From Escherichia coli (lineage in GTDB: Bacteria > Pseudomonadota > Gammaproteobacteria > Enterobacterales > Enterobacteriaceae), in assembly GCF_003334405.1 (NCBI RefSeq), contig NZ_QOWM01000015.1: a stretch of DNA of 64,000 bases; one strand, 5' to 3'. Positions 12,128 through 24,121 of this stretch are shown piece by piece. The position numbers and the translations under genes are program-made. Within the stretch, counting starts at the first letter, position 1. Every line of letters starts with the position of its first letter. Under the pieces are notes generated by a model that was not told the origin of the DNA, ran no database searches, and saw nothing but the letters and a program-made list of their open reading frames with translations.

Positions 12128-13322
12128 TATTTACCCCCTCACGATCTAAAGCGCGCAGCAGCATTCCTTTCGAAATGATGCCGACATACTGTTGGTCCTC
12201 GTCGACCACGGGCACCGCACAGGGTGCCTGTCCGACATGAGAGAGCAACTCGCTAAGAGGCGTTTGTGCATCGACTGCTAACGGCGCATCAATCAGCGCC
12301 GCATCAAGACCTTGCTGCTGCGTTAACGCGGTTTTAAGCGAATCGATGGAGACTGCGCCGACAAACTTATTACCGCGTTCGATAACGTAGCCATATTCGC
12401 GATCTTCATCCTGCAATAATTTCAGTGCCGAACGTGGGCCGAAGCCAGGGGTTTTACGAATTAAGCCATTCGGTGTCCGGCGGGCAATATCTTTCGCACT
12501 GAATACCTGACTAATATCAACGCCACGGAAGAAGGTACGGACATAATCATTCGCCGGATTATTGAGAATTTCATCCGGTGTGCCGACCTGTACCACTTCA
12601 CCATTTTGCATAATGGCAATTCGGTCGCCAATACGCATGGCTTCATCAAGATCGTGGGAAATAAAGACAATGGTGCGCTGATGTTTCGCCTGTAATTTTA
12701 CCAGCTCATCCTGCATCTCGGTGCGAATTAATGGATCGAGCGCCGAGAAGGCTTCGTCCATTAATAATATATCCGGATTAATCGCTAACGCGCGGGCTAA
12801 TCCCACACGTTGACGCATCCCGCCAGAGAGTTCATCCGGGTAGCTGTGGGCATAATTTTCCAGCCCGACCTGACGCAGTGCATCAAGGGCTTTTTCCCGG
12901 CGTTCTTCGGCATTAATTCCGGCCAATTCCATACCGAACGCAGTATTGTCCAGCACGGTCATATGCGGCATTAAGGCAAAGGACTGGAAGACCATCGCAA
13001 TCTTTTTTCTGCGCACCTCACGGAGTTCGGCGTCGGATATTTTGGCAATATCCACACCATCAATCAGCACTTGCCCGCGGGTGGGTTCAATCAGGCGATT
13101 GAGAAGGCGTACCATTGTGGATTTACCCGAGCCGGATAATCCCATGATGACAAATATCTCGCCTTCTTCAATGGCCAGACTGGCGTCTTTTACGCCAAGC
13201 GATAGCCCAGTTTTTTCCAGAATTTGTTCTTTTGAAAGTCCTTGTTCGATATATTTGAACGCTCGCTGTGGATGCTCGCCAAATATTTTATAAAGATTTT
13301 TAATTTCTAATTTAATTGCCAT
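12120..13322 (-). CDS. proV: glycine betaine/proline ABC transporter ATPase
   Basis: ORF extends to 13595, but the canonical start [19 protein letters not shown] at 13322 gives 400 aa; Walker [13 protein letters not shown] signature LSGGMRQR, C-terminal CBS domains. Confidence 0.93.
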   Translation of the reverse strand: MAIKLEIKNLYKIFGEHPQRAFKYIEQGLSKEQILEKTGLSLGVKDASLAIEEGEIFVIMGLSGSGKSTMVRLLNRLIEPTRGQVLIDGVDIAKISDAELREVRRKKIAMVFQSFALMPHMTVLDNTAFGMELAGINAEERREKALDALRQVGLENYAHSYPDELSGGMRQRVGLARALAINPDILLMDEAFSALDPLIRTEMQDELVKLQAKHQRTIVFISHDLDEAMRIGDRIAIMQNGEVVQVGTPDEILNNPANDYVRTFFRGVDISQVFSAKDIARRTPNGLIRKTPGFGPRSALKLLQDEDREYGYVIERGNKFVGAVSIDSLKTALTQQQGLDAALIDAPLAVDAQTPLSELLSHVGQAPCAVPVVDEDQQYVGIISKGMLLRALDREGVNNG

Positions 13323-13600
13323 GCAATAGAAAGATTCCTTTATTTGTCTATGTCGATATATTACCCAATGGAAATAGTCACTTTTTTCTACCCTAACATA
13401 CTGAGAATCTGAGGCAACCCCTGATGGCAAATGTGGCATGAATATTGATGCGAGCAAATCGCCGGAATTTCCCGTGATATAAGGGCTGAGAGCAAATCGA
13501 GAAAGTTGATATTTTTTGTCAAAGATAGCGAAAAAACGCCTGAATATTGTGGTTTCAGGCGAATAATGCAACAGAGTATCAGTGTAGATCACCACAAATT
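13323..13600 (-). promoter_or_regulatory. proU (proVWX) osmoregulated promoter region
   Basis: AT-rich region upstream of the proV start; assignment rests on established knowledge of the proU promoter and H-NS regulation, no specific -10/-35 asserted. Confidence 0.45.
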
Positions 13601-13675
13601 ATTTGCGTGATAAAAAGCTATTTGGCGGGAATTATTTCCCTGCTGCGGGTAGTGATATTTTTGAAAATAACACCC

Positions 13676-14644
<969 letters not shown>

Positions 14645-16789
14645 TTAAAGTGCACAGGAGACGCAGCCTTCAATTTCAGTGCCTTCCAGCGCCATCTGAC
14701 GCAGGCGGATGTAATAGAGCGTTTTGATACCCTTGCGCCAGGCGTAAATCTGCGCTTTGTTGATATCGCGAGTGGTGGCGGTATCGGGGAAAAAAAGCGT
14801 CAGCGACAGCCCCTGATCGACATGGCGAGTCGCTTCCGCGTAGGTGTCGATGATCTTTTCTGCGCCAATTTCGTAAGCGTCCTGATACAGCGCCAGATTC
14901 TCGTTAGTCATAAACGGGGCAGGGTAGTAAACGCGTCCTGTTTTGCCCTCTTTGCGTATCTCTACTTTCGCCACAATCGGATGAATACTCGACGTAGCAT
15001 GGTTGATATAAGAGATAGAACCGGTTGGCGGCACCGCCTGAAGATTCTGGTTGTATATGCCGTAGCGCATCACGTCGTCGCGCAGCTGCGCCCACATCTC
15101 ACGGGTAGGTAACGTAATACCGCTACGGGTAAACAGTTCGCCAACTTTCGCCGTTTTCGGCTGCCAGTTCCCTTGCAGATATTGGCTAAAATATTCACCA
15201 CTGGCATAGCGTGACTGTTTGAACCCGGCGAAGGTTTCACCGCGTTCGCGTGCCAGCAACATCGAGGTACGCAGTGCATGCCAGGTGATGGCATAGAAAT
15301 AGAGATTGGTGAAATCCAGTGCTTCCGGCGAACCATAAGCGATGCCTTCTCGCGCCAGATAGCCGTGTAAATTCATCTGCCCCAGTCCGATGGCGTGCGA
15401 GGCGGCATTTCCGGCTTCGATGGACGGCACGCTGCGGATATGACTCATATCTGATACTGCCGTTAAACCGCGCACGGCAGTCTCTACCGTGCGGGCAAAA
15501 TCGGGGGAATCCATGGTGTGCGCAATATTCAACGAACCTAAATTGCAGGAAATATCATGGCCTGTGCGGGTATAGTCGAGATTCTCGTCATACTCTGAGG
15601 CGCTGTTAACCTGCAAAATTTCTGAGCAGAGATTACTCATATTTATGCGCCCGGCGATAGGGTTAGCACGGTTTACCGTGTCTTCATACATGATGTAGGG
15701 ATAGCCGGACTCAAACTGGATTTCTGCCAGTCGCTGGAAGAAATCACGGGCGTTGAGGTATTTTTTGCGAATGCGTTCATCGGCAACCAGTTCGTCATAG
15801 TGTTGGCTGATGGCCACATCGGCAAACGGCTTGCCATAAACTCGCTCTACGTCATAAGGCGAAAACAGCGCCATCTGCGCATTCTCTTTTGCCAGATGGA
15901 AAGTGATATCCGGGATCACCACGCCAAGCGACAGTGTTTTAATGCGGATTTTTTCGTCGGCATTTTCCCGTTTCGTGTCGAGAAAACGCAGAATATCGGG
16001 ATGATGAGCATGTAAATAGACTGCACCAGCCCCCTGACGAGCGCCGAGTTGGTTGGCATAGGAAAATGCGTCTTCCAGCATTTTCATCACCGGAATTACG
16101 CCAGAAGATTGATTTTCAATACGTTTAATTGGCGCGCCCGCTTCTCGCAGATTCGACAGCAAAAATGCTACGCCGCCGCCGCGTTTCGACAGCTGCAGTG
16201 CGGAATTTACCGCCCGACCAATCGACTCCATATTGTCTTCAATACGCAGCAAAAAACAGGAAACCAGTTCGCCGCGCTGCTGCTTACCGCAGTTGAGGAA
16301 TGTTGGCGTGGCTGGCTGAAAGCGTCCTGACAGCATTTCATCGGTCAGTTGCAACGCCAGCGTCTCATCGCCTTGTGCCAGCGTCAGCGCCACCATCGTT
16401 ACTCGATCGGCAAAATCTTCCAGATAACGTTTACCGTCGAATGTCTTCAACGTATAGCTGGTGTAAAACTTCCATGCCCCGAGGAATGTCTGGAAACGAA
16501 AACCGCTGGTGTGTGCGTGGGCAAACAGCGTAATGACAAAGTCGCGAGAGTAGCGATTAAGAACGCTTTCATCATAGTAACCTTCGTTGACCAGCCAGTT
16601 CAGGCGCTGCTGCTGGCTACTGAAGGTCACACTGTTCGGACGCACATGCGTCGCAATAAAGGCGTCAACGGCCTGGCGGTCTTTATCGAACTGAATGCGA
16701 CCTGCGCTATCGTAGAGGTTAAGCATCGCATTCAGCGCGTGGTAATCCATCGTTTCCTGCGTCAGGCATTCTGCGGTTGTCGTTGCCAA
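14645..16789 (-). CDS. nrdE: class Ib ribonucleotide reductase alpha subunit
   Basis: 714-aa ORF ending with the C-terminal Cys pair (…EGCVSCAL). Confidence 0.95.
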
Positions 16790-17172
16790 AATTCGGTTAC
16801 TCCTTTACGAACGTTTTCGATATCGCTTTGCGTACCCATGAGTTCAAAACGGTACAGCCACGGCACGCCGCATTTCCGGGCAATCACATCTCCGGCGCGG
16901 CCATACGCCTCACCAAAGTTGCGATTACCAGAAGCAATAACGCCGCGAAGCAACGCCCGGTTGTGCTCGTCGTTTAAAAAGCGAATTACCTGTCGTGGCA
17001 CCGCGCCAGCCGTACCGCCGCCGCCGTAAGAGGGCACGATCAGGATGTAAGGCTCGTCTACCTGAATCCGTTCCCGCTCATTGAGCGGGATGCGCACCGC
17101 GGGCAGACCTAAACGTTCGATAAAACGCTGCGTGTTTTCGGAGCTGCTGGAGAAGTAGACGAGCTGGCTCAT
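16762..17172 (-). CDS. nrdI: flavodoxin-like NrdI
   Basis: 136-aa ORF overlapping the nrdE start. Confidence 0.92.
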
Positions 17173-17414
17173 GCACTGGCCGCGTGTGGCGCTGGATGCA
17201 GACGGTTAATCATGTCCGGACGGAAACCAGACCAGCTAAGATCGCCAGCAATCACTACCGGCAACTGACGAAAGCCCTGAGCACGCAACGCTTCTGCCGC
17301 TTCAGGAACGCGATCGACATTAATCATTTCAAAATCAAAGCCCCGGTTTTCCATCGCCCGTTTGGTGGCGTGGCACTGAACGCAATCGTTACGAGTGTAA
17401 ATAGTAATGCGCAT
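17169..17414 (-). CDS. nrdH: glutaredoxin-like NrdH
   Basis: 81-aa [24 protein letters not shown] with CVQC redox motif. Confidence 0.93.
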
Positions 17415-17661
17415 GATTCGTATTTCCGTTTAAAATGAAGATACGGCGCGATGATACGCGTCGGGTTGTCTCTCTGTTGATACAGAGATACTAGATGTAG
17501 TTGAAAAAAGATTCAACCACACAATATATAGCAAATAGTGGTCGAAATTACCCTGGATATGAGCGTGACGGGGTAGGGGGATTTTTGTGATTCACCAGGC
17601 AAAAAGAAACCCCGAAGACAGGCTTCGGGGTCAAAGACGCGTATTTATTATCATTTTTGCA

Positions 17662-17991
17662 CTACGATTTGCGCATGCTTAACAGTGCGCCGATAAAAAT
17701 ACCTACCGCAGCTGCTGTACCCACGCTACACCAGGGTCTTTCACGAACAAAAGAATCCGCGCAGCCAACGGCATCGCGCGCGGCTTGCTGGACGCGAGTA
17801 CGACCATGCATTCGCGCCCTGGTTTCTTTCAGCAATGCCTGAGCTTTACTGCGTGCGGCTTCAGCTTCCCCTTTGGCGTCGCTGCCCCAGGACTTCAATA
17901 CAGATTCGAGGCTGTCAGCTAATTGATTGACATCATTCTGGATATCCTGCACGCCATCATCAACGTCGTTGCGGTTCGGTCGGTTAAACAT
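17662..17991 (-). CDS. ygaM: ElaB/YqjD-family membrane-anchored ribosome-binding protein
   Basis: ORF 17662-18003; probable start MFNRPNRNDVDDG at 17991; C-terminal TM anchor. Confidence 0.8.
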   Translation of the reverse strand: MFNRPNRNDVDDGVQDIQNDVNQLADSLESVLKSWGSDAKGEAEAARSKAQALLKETRARMHGRTRVQQAARDAVGCADSFVRERPWCSVGTAAAVGIFIGALLSMRKS

Positions 17992-18142
17992 ATGATCCCC
18001 CATTAGAATTCGATGTAATTTTCAGTGTAGACCATAATTTTCTTAACTGAGGTTCATCGCGGCTTTATGGACTTTTCTGAAAGCGTTGTGAATGCGCAAT
18101 CAGGTAAGGTAGGCCCGCGGTTGATAATAACGAGGATCAAAT

Positions 18143-18487
18143 ATGTATTTACGACCAGACGAGGTGGCGCGCGTACTTGAAAAAGTCGGTTTTACTGTCG
18201 ATGTGGTAACCCAGAAAGCGTATGGTTACCGCCGTGGGGAAAATTATGTCTATGTTAATCGCGAAGCGCGAATGGGACGTACCGCTCTGGTAATTCATCC
18301 AACATTAAAAGAACGCAGTTCGACACTGGCTGAACCCGCTTCCGATATTAAAACTTGCGATCATTACCAGCAATTTCCGCTCTATTTAGCAGGCGAGCGA
18401 CACGAGCATTACGGTATCCCGCATGGCTTTAGTTCGCGTGTTGCGCTTGAACGTTATTTGAATGGTTTATTTGGCGAAGCCAGTTAA
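18143..18487 (+). CDS. ygaC: uncharacterized protein YgaC
   Basis: 114-aa ORF; conserved synteny. Confidence 0.8.
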
Positions 18488-18489
18488 AG

Positions 18490-18518
18490 ACGCGACTGGC
18501 GATGCCAGTCGCGAAAAG
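18490..18518. terminator. bidirectional hairpin between ygaC and alaE
   Basis: GCGACTGGC-GAT-GCCAGTCGC perfect hairpin followed by AAAAGAAG, between convergent genes. Confidence 0.55.
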
Positions 18519-18523
18519 AAGAG

Positions 18524-18973
18524 TCAGGCTTTTACCTGCTGGTAACGGCTGACTTTAAACAGTCGGCGGCAATAATCGAGGAAGTAGCCATAAACCGCCC
18601 CCATCAACATCGAAACAACGATGTTTGAACTGACCGCCGCCATAATCTGATGCCAGTCTGCGCCCACCACTAACAAGATCGCCACATACACCGGTGACTG
18701 GAACGTCACATAAGCCAGGATATCCGCCAGATTTTTTATCCAGCCCGACGGGCTAACTTTGCGTGCCGCGCGCATAAACAGATCACGGTACATACCGTAT
18801 GGCCATGCAATTAAGATGTTCACCGGAATCGCTACCAATCTGGAATAAAAAGACTGTTCGAAGCTCATTCCGGAGAGGAAAACTTCAATACACATGTTCA
18901 CGACAGAACAGTAAACAACCATCGCGAACGTATCTGCAACTGCATGACGCAAGCGTGACTGCGGTGAGAACAT
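18524..18973 (-). CDS. alaE: L-alanine exporter
   Basis: 149-aa membrane ORF (formerly ygaW). Confidence 0.85.
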   Translation of the reverse strand: MFSPQSRLRHAVADTFAMVVYCSVVNMCIEVFLSGMSFEQSFYSRLVAIPVNILIAWPYGMYRDLFMRAARKVSPSGWIKNLADILAYVTFQSPVYVAILLVVGADWHQIMAAVSSNIVVSMLMGAVYGYFLDYCRRLFKVSRYQQVKA

Positions 18974-19641
18974 GCTAATGCTCCTTAATAAAAGCGTAAT
19001 GGGATGTTAATGGAGATGAAAGCAGTGGATCTCATTGCCATCTGCATTTTCGCATAGCGTATATCGCTGGCTATGACTAATCAATTAGTGAAAAATTTTT
19101 ATTTAGTCAGTTTTTGTAGATAAAATATTCCGTAACGGCTCGTTTTTTGTACATTGTGGATTTTTACATGCCGATATGATTTATTTTTAATTAAATCAAT
19201 TAGATATGGCCTTACCTTTAATATCACTAATGAAAGTTTGGGGGTGAGGTAACGCTATAAGCGTAGAGAATTCGGTGTATGTAGTAGCTGGGTCATTTTC
19301 AGCATTTTTTATGCCAGACAATGTACATTAACAGCAGAAAGCACCAGTGATGGATGTTTTCTTTTATTCTGTTATATTGCATTTTTATTCACTTTGATTT
19401 TGTCAGGCTTGCGGAATTAGCGAGCAGAGAGCGCCGCTCTGTTCACCAATAATCTAAATTACTCATCAAAATGGCTAATATATAATCTTGAAATTATTCT
19501 GAGAGTTTCAGAAAATAACAGCTGAAATAATCTCGCGCAGGACTGTAAATAGATTAAATTTTGTGGAAATATAATAAGTGATCGCTTACACTACGCGACG
19601 AAATACTTTTTTTGTTTTGGCGTTAAAAGGTTTTCTTTATT

Positions 19642-20046
19642 ATGTCCGTAATGTTACAAAGTTTAAATAACATTCGCACCCTCCGTGCGATGGCTCGCGA
19701 ATTCTCCATTGACGTTCTTGAAGAAATGCTCGAAAAATTCAGGGTTGTCACTAAAGAAAGACGTGAAGAAGAAGAACAGCAGCAGCGTGAACTGGCAGAG
19801 CGCCAGGAAAAAATTAGCACCTGGCTGGAGCTGATGAAAGCTGACGGAATTAACCCGGAAGAGTTATTGGGTAATAGCTCTGCTGCTGCACCACGCGCTG
19901 GTAAAAAACGCCAGCCGCGTCCGGCGAAATATAAATTCACCGATGTTAACGGTGAAACTAAAACCTGGACCGGTCAGGGCCGTACACCGAAGCCAATTGC
20001 TCAGGCGCTGGCAGAAGGTAAATCTCTCGACGATTTCCTGATCTAA
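19642..20046 (+). CDS. stpA: H-NS paralog nucleoid protein StpA
   Basis: 134-aa [36 protein letters not shown], preceded by ~650 bp of AT-rich DNA. Confidence 0.95.
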   Translation: MSVMLQSLNNIRTLRAMAREFSIDVLEEMLEKFRVVTKERREEEEQQQRELAERQEKISTWLELMKADGINPEELLGNSSAAAPRAGKKRQPRPAKYKFTDVNGETKTWTGQGRTPKPIAQALAEGKSLDDFLI

Positions 20047-20092
20047 TTACTGAGGCCGGATGTCGCTGCTAGGGCGCGTCCGGCGTCGCTTC

Positions 20093-20617
20093 TCAAGCTC
20101 GTTGGTTCCACGGCATCTTATCTAACAACCTTGCCATTCCACAAAAACCGCTGATTCCTGCAAACAGTAACCCGGCACCAACAAAGCCACTTAATAAGAA
20201 GAAACCGCTATTTACGGTATAACCCAGTACAACGCCGATTAATATTAAACCACCCGCAGCGATCTGCACCTGGCGCATTAACGGCAAGGGTTGAGATTTA
20301 TTTACCGCTACTGGCAATCCTGCTTTTTTCCAGCCATCAATCCCATCTTCGAGTAAAAAGATTTCTGCGGGGGCGGCAATCGCTGCTAATTTATCGGCAT
20401 TATTACTGGTGCGTTTACCTGCCTGGCAGTGGAATATAATTTGCTCGTGACGTAATTTAGCCGGAAGACCTGACTGTTCCAGCACGGATAATGGAGCCAG
20501 ATCTGCTTCAGGAATATGTTCACGAAGATATTCATCAGCATCACGAATATCGATTAACTTTGCGCCGCGTGCGATTAATTCTTGTGCATCATGCGGCGAA
20601 ATGGTTGTCAAAGCCAT
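20093..20617 (-). CDS. ygaP: membrane-anchored rhodanese (thiosulfate sulfurtransferase)
   Basis: 174-aa ORF with rhodanese active-site Cys (…FHCQAGKR…) and C-terminal TM segments. Confidence 0.9.
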
Positions 20618-20626
20618 AGTGACTCC

Positions 20627-20926
20627 TTACGGACAATAGACATTTTTCAGGGTGGCGATAATGGCATTTACCGCCTCATTTTTAATGGAATATAGAATGC
20701 GTTGGGCATCCCGTTGGCTGTCGATAAGCCCTTCGTCCCGCATACGAGCGAGATGCTGTGATGTCGCAGAGGCACTCAGTCCGGTAATGCGCGTCAGCTC
20801 TCCCGCGCTGGTGCCGGGGGAACCGCTAAGCATGCACAGAATCAGCAATCGTTTAGGGTGGCTCATTGCTTTCAATAAGGCCGCTGCCTGTTCGGCACTG
20901 GCCTGTAATTGCGCGAGTTCAGTCAT
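20627..20926 (-). CDS. ygaV: ArsR-family transcriptional regulator
   Basis: 99-aa wHTH ORF upstream of ygaP. Confidence 0.9.
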   Translation of the reverse strand: MTELAQLQASAEQAAALLKAMSHPKRLLILCMLSGSPGTSAGELTRITGLSASATSQHLARMRDEGLIDSQRDAQRILYSIKNEAVNAIIATLKNVYCP

Positions 20927-21109
20927 ATTTATTTAAGTATTTTCTAAATTAAGTAAACTCTAAACTAAAAATGCAACATATACCAGCCTCAGCAGCGTAA
21001 ATGAGAGTAAAAGCGTAAGCTGAAACTGGCAGGCTCCGCTAAAATTACTACGCTTAAGAGATAAAATCTCTTTTTAAACAATGAGTAATTTTCTTATAGG
21101 GAGTACATA

Positions 21110-21268
21110 TGGGTTTCTGGAGAATCGTCATCACCATCATTCTGCCGCCGCTCGGCGTGCTGCTCGGTAAAGGGTTCGGTTGGGCGTTCATTATTAATAT
21201 TCTGTTGACACTGCTTGGGTATATCCCCGGTTTGATTCACGCGTTCTGGGTGCAAACCCGCGATTAAA
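21110..21268 (+). CDS. yqaE: small membrane protein YqaE (UPF0057/Pmp3 family)
   Basis: 52-aa ORF MGFWRIVITIILPPLGVLLGKGFGWAFIINILLTLLGYIPGLIHAFWVQTRD read directly from the + strand; not in the supplied ORF track. Confidence 0.85.
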
Positions 21269-21350
21269 CCTGTGCTCATCCCCGCGGCGTTAACGCGCCG
21301 CGTTCCTCTGCTACACTTTCTGAGTGTTTCCGTTAACGAATGAGGTAGCT

Positions 21351-21800
21351 ATGGGTCTGTTCAATTTTGTGAAAGATGCCGGAGAAAAACTCTGGGACGC
21401 GGTTACAGGTCAGCACGATAAAGACGATCAGGCGAAGAAGGTGCAGGAGCATCTGAACAAAACCGGTATACCGGATGCCGATAAAGTGAATATTCAAATT
21501 GCCGACGGCAAAGCGACGGTCACTGGTGACGGCCTGAGTCAGGAGGCGAAGGAGAAAATCCTTGTTGCGGTGGGGAATATTTCCGGTATTGCCAGTGTCG
21601 ATGATCAGGTGAAAACGGCGACACCAGCCACTGCCAGCCAGTTTTATACCGTTAAGTCTGGCGACACTCTGAGTGCCATTTCCAAACAGGTCTACGGTAA
21701 CGCTAATCTGTACAATAAAATCTTCGAAGCGAATAAACCGATGCTAAAAAGCCCGGATAAAATTTATCCGGGGCAAGTGTTGCGTATTCCGGAAGAGTAG
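21351..21800 (+). CDS. kbp: potassium-binding protein Kbp (BON + LysM domains)
   Basis: ORF 21324-21800; start [15 protein letters not shown] at 21351 gives 149 aa. Confidence 0.9.
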
Positions 21801-22463
21801 TTAATTGCCAGCCATCGCCTGCTGGATAATGGGAATTGGCGTCAGTAAATGCTGGCGCATTAACTCACTGGCGCGCGCGGTATCTCGCGCCAGTACCGCC
21901 GCAGTCAGGGTCTGGTGCTGATCGTGTTTATCCTCCAGCATTTCCACCGAAAGCACCGTTCGCCGCAGCCAGATAAATCGATAACGCGCCGCCAGATCAA
22001 ACAACCGTTCACGCATTTGCAGCAAATAGTGAGAACCACAGCCCGCCACAATTGCCGTATGAAACGCCTGATGACGCAGATCCCACTCATCAAGCATTTT
22101 CTCGCTGGCGTCACAGGCCTCAAGCTTACTCAGCAGATGCGCTTTTGCGAGAACGTCTGCCTCCCACTCATCGCCACCGCGGGCAATCGCCAGACTCACT
22201 AACATCGCTTCCATATTGGCGCGGGCGTCGAAAATATCGAGCAGCTCCTGCTCTGACATAGACGCCACCCGATACCCTTTTTGATTCACCACCGTGACCA
22301 GCCGTTCCGCCACCAGTTGCGAAAGAGCTTCCCGTAACGGCCCAACGCCAAGTGCATAACGCGATGTCAGCAAACTCATTCGTAATTTTTCATCCGGTTG
22401 AAAATTACCGCGAATAATATCGTTCTTCAGCCAGCGATAGCCATCCAGAGACGTAATGGTCAT
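21801..22463 (-). CDS. csiR: GntR-family repressor of the csiD-lhgO-gabDTP operon
   Basis: ORF 21801-22481; start MTITSLDGYRWLKND at 22463. Confidence 0.9.
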   Translation of the reverse strand: MTITSLDGYRWLKNDIIRGNFQPDEKLRMSLLTSRYALGVGPLREALSQLVAERLVTVVNQKGYRVASMSEQELLDIFDARANMEAMLVSLAIARGGDEWEADVLAKAHLLSKLEACDASEKMLDEWDLRHQAFHTAIVAGCGSHYLLQMRERLFDLAARYRFIWLRRTVLSVEMLEDKHDQHQTLTAAVLARDTARASELMRQHLLTPIPIIQQAMAGN

Positions 22464-22483
22464 GGTGTGACTCCTGATCATGA

Positions 22484-23884
22484 TCAGCGCGTATTATGAA
22501 CGGGTGTTTTTTGCCACAATACCAGCTTTTTCCAGCGAGCCATAATTGGCACGGTACAGATAATCCCTATCGCTAATAAGCCGGTGGAGATCACTTCTAA
22601 CTGTTGCGCCGGACGGAATAGCATCACTACCAACACAAAGGTAATAAAGCCGATGACTAGCCAGGTGAGCCACGGATAAAGCCACATTCGCAAGCGAATT
22701 TCGCTTCCTTCTGCTCGCAGAATTTTGCGCATCCGCAACTGTGAAACGGCGATGACTAAATAAACCAGCAGGGCGATAGCGCCGGAGCTGTCGATCAGAA
22801 ATTTAAATACCTTCGCAGGCGCGTAATAGTTCACCACCACCGTTAAGAATGCCGCGCCGGTGGAGAGTAACACCGCCACGTACGGGGTTTTACTGCGGTT
22901 GATTTTACCCATTACCGCGGGAGCATCACCGCGACGACTTAAGGAGTAGAGCATCCTTGACGCGGTATACAGCGCCGAGTTCAGGCAACTGGTTACGGAA
23001 AGTAATATCACGCAGTCCATGATTAATTTCGCATGGGGAATATTGAGCAATTCCAGTACCGAGCGATAAGAACCGACGGCTTTTAGTCCGGGCATATTCC
23101 ACGGAATTAATGCCACGACGACAAAAATAGAACATAAATAGAAGATAGAAATACGCCAGATAACCGAGTTGGTGGCGCGGACAATATGTTTTTCCGGCGT
23201 GTCGGATTCCGCGGCGGCAATGGTGACAATTTCTGCGCCCATAAACGAGAACATGGTGATCAACATCGCGCTTAATACCGCACCGAAACCGTTGGGCATA
23301 AAGCCGCCGCTATCCCACAATCTTGAGATCCCGCTCACTTCGGCATACGGGTAAAAACCGCTAATTGCGACTGCACCAAGGAAAATAAAGGCCAGGATAG
23401 CGATGACTTTGCACAGCGCCAGCCAGAACTCAAATTCGCCGTAGTTTTTAACGCTTAATAAGTTACTGCCAGTTAAGGCGAGGGTAATGACGAGGGAAAA
23501 TAACCAGATGGGAATGCCTGGAACCCATGAGTGCAGGATCATGGCGGCGATGTTGGCTTCCAGCGGGATAACCAGTACCCAAAACCACCAGTACAACCAG
23601 CCGATGGTATAGCCCGCCCAGCGACCAATGGCTTTATCGGCATAGGTGGAAAACGAACCGGTATCGGGCGTGGCAACCGCCATTTCCGCCAACATCCGCA
23701 TAATCATAACCACCAGTAGCCCGGCGAACAGATAGGCCAGTAATACCGCCGGGCCCGCTTCGGCGATGGCGACGCTGGAACCGACAAACAGACTTGCGCC
23801 GATAACACCGGCAATAGACAACATGGTGACGTGGCGTGACTTCAGCCCGCCGCCTAACTCATGTGGTTGCGATGATTGCCCCAT
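22484..23884 (-). CDS. gabP: GABA permease (APC family)
   Basis: ORF 22484-23947; start MGQSSQPHELGGGLKSRHVTMLSIAG at 23884 gives 466 aa. Confidence 0.93.
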   Translation of the reverse strand: MGQSSQPHELGGGLKSRHVTMLSIAGVIGASLFVGSSVAIAEAGPAVLLAYLFAGLLVVMIMRMLAEMAVATPDTGSFSTYADKAIGRWAGYTIGWLYWWFWVLVIPLEANIAAMILHSWVPGIPIWLFSLVITLALTGSNLLSVKNYGEFEFWLALCKVIAILAFIFLGAVAISGFYPYAEVSGISRLWDSGGFMPNGFGAVLSAMLITMFSFMGAEIVTIAAAESDTPEKHIVRATNSVIWRISIFYLCSIFVVVALIPWNMPGLKAVGSYRSVLELLNIPHAKLIMDCVILLSVTSCLNSALYTASRMLYSLSRRGDAPAVMGKINRSKTPYVAVLLSTGAAFLTVVVNYYAPAKVFKFLIDSSGAIALLVYLVIAVSQLRMRKILRAEGSEIRLRMWLYPWLTWLVIGFITFVLVVMLFRPAQQLEVISTGLLAIGIICTVPIMARWKKLVLWQKTPVHNTR

Positions 23885-24033
23885 CCTGAATCCTCTCGAA
23901 AGTGTGTCACTTGGGAGAGCGCCCCGACATTTCCCGCGCCGGGTCACGCGTATAATTGTTATTGATTCTTTTTGCCGGAGAGCGGCTCCGCCTTACCCGG
24001 CCAACATAGATTTCTTCCTGTTCACGTACAGAT

Positions 24034-24112
24034 TGTCGGATGCGGCGTAAACGCCTTATCCGACCTGGATCCCCGTAGGCCGGACAAGACGCGCAGCGTC
24101 GCCTCCGGCATA
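24034..24112. repeat. REP element(s) between gabT and gabP
   Basis: GTCGGATGCGGCGTAAACGCCTTATCCGAC and CGTAGGCCGGACAAGACGCGCAGCGTCGCCTCCGGCATAGG, typical REP palindromes. Confidence 0.7.
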
Positions 24113-24121
24113 GGAGCGGCG

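Noticed and set aside
12120-13595. 491-aa extended reading frame for proV (and similar 5' extensions for proX, gabP, lhgO, csiD, csiR, emrA, emrB, ygaM, kbp, intA, ratB)
   Set aside because: The open frames continue upstream of the recognisable N-termini; canonical internal starts were used instead.
18974-19641. ~670 bp ORF-free, very AT-rich region upstream of stpA
   Set aside because: Consistent with the known large curved, H-NS/StpA-bound regulatory region of stpA; no repeats or RNA structure pointing to a new element.
21094-21279. 61-aa minus-strand ORF
   Set aside because: Overlaps, on the opposite strand, the plus-strand yqaE reading frame (21110-21268), which is recognisable; shadow ORF.
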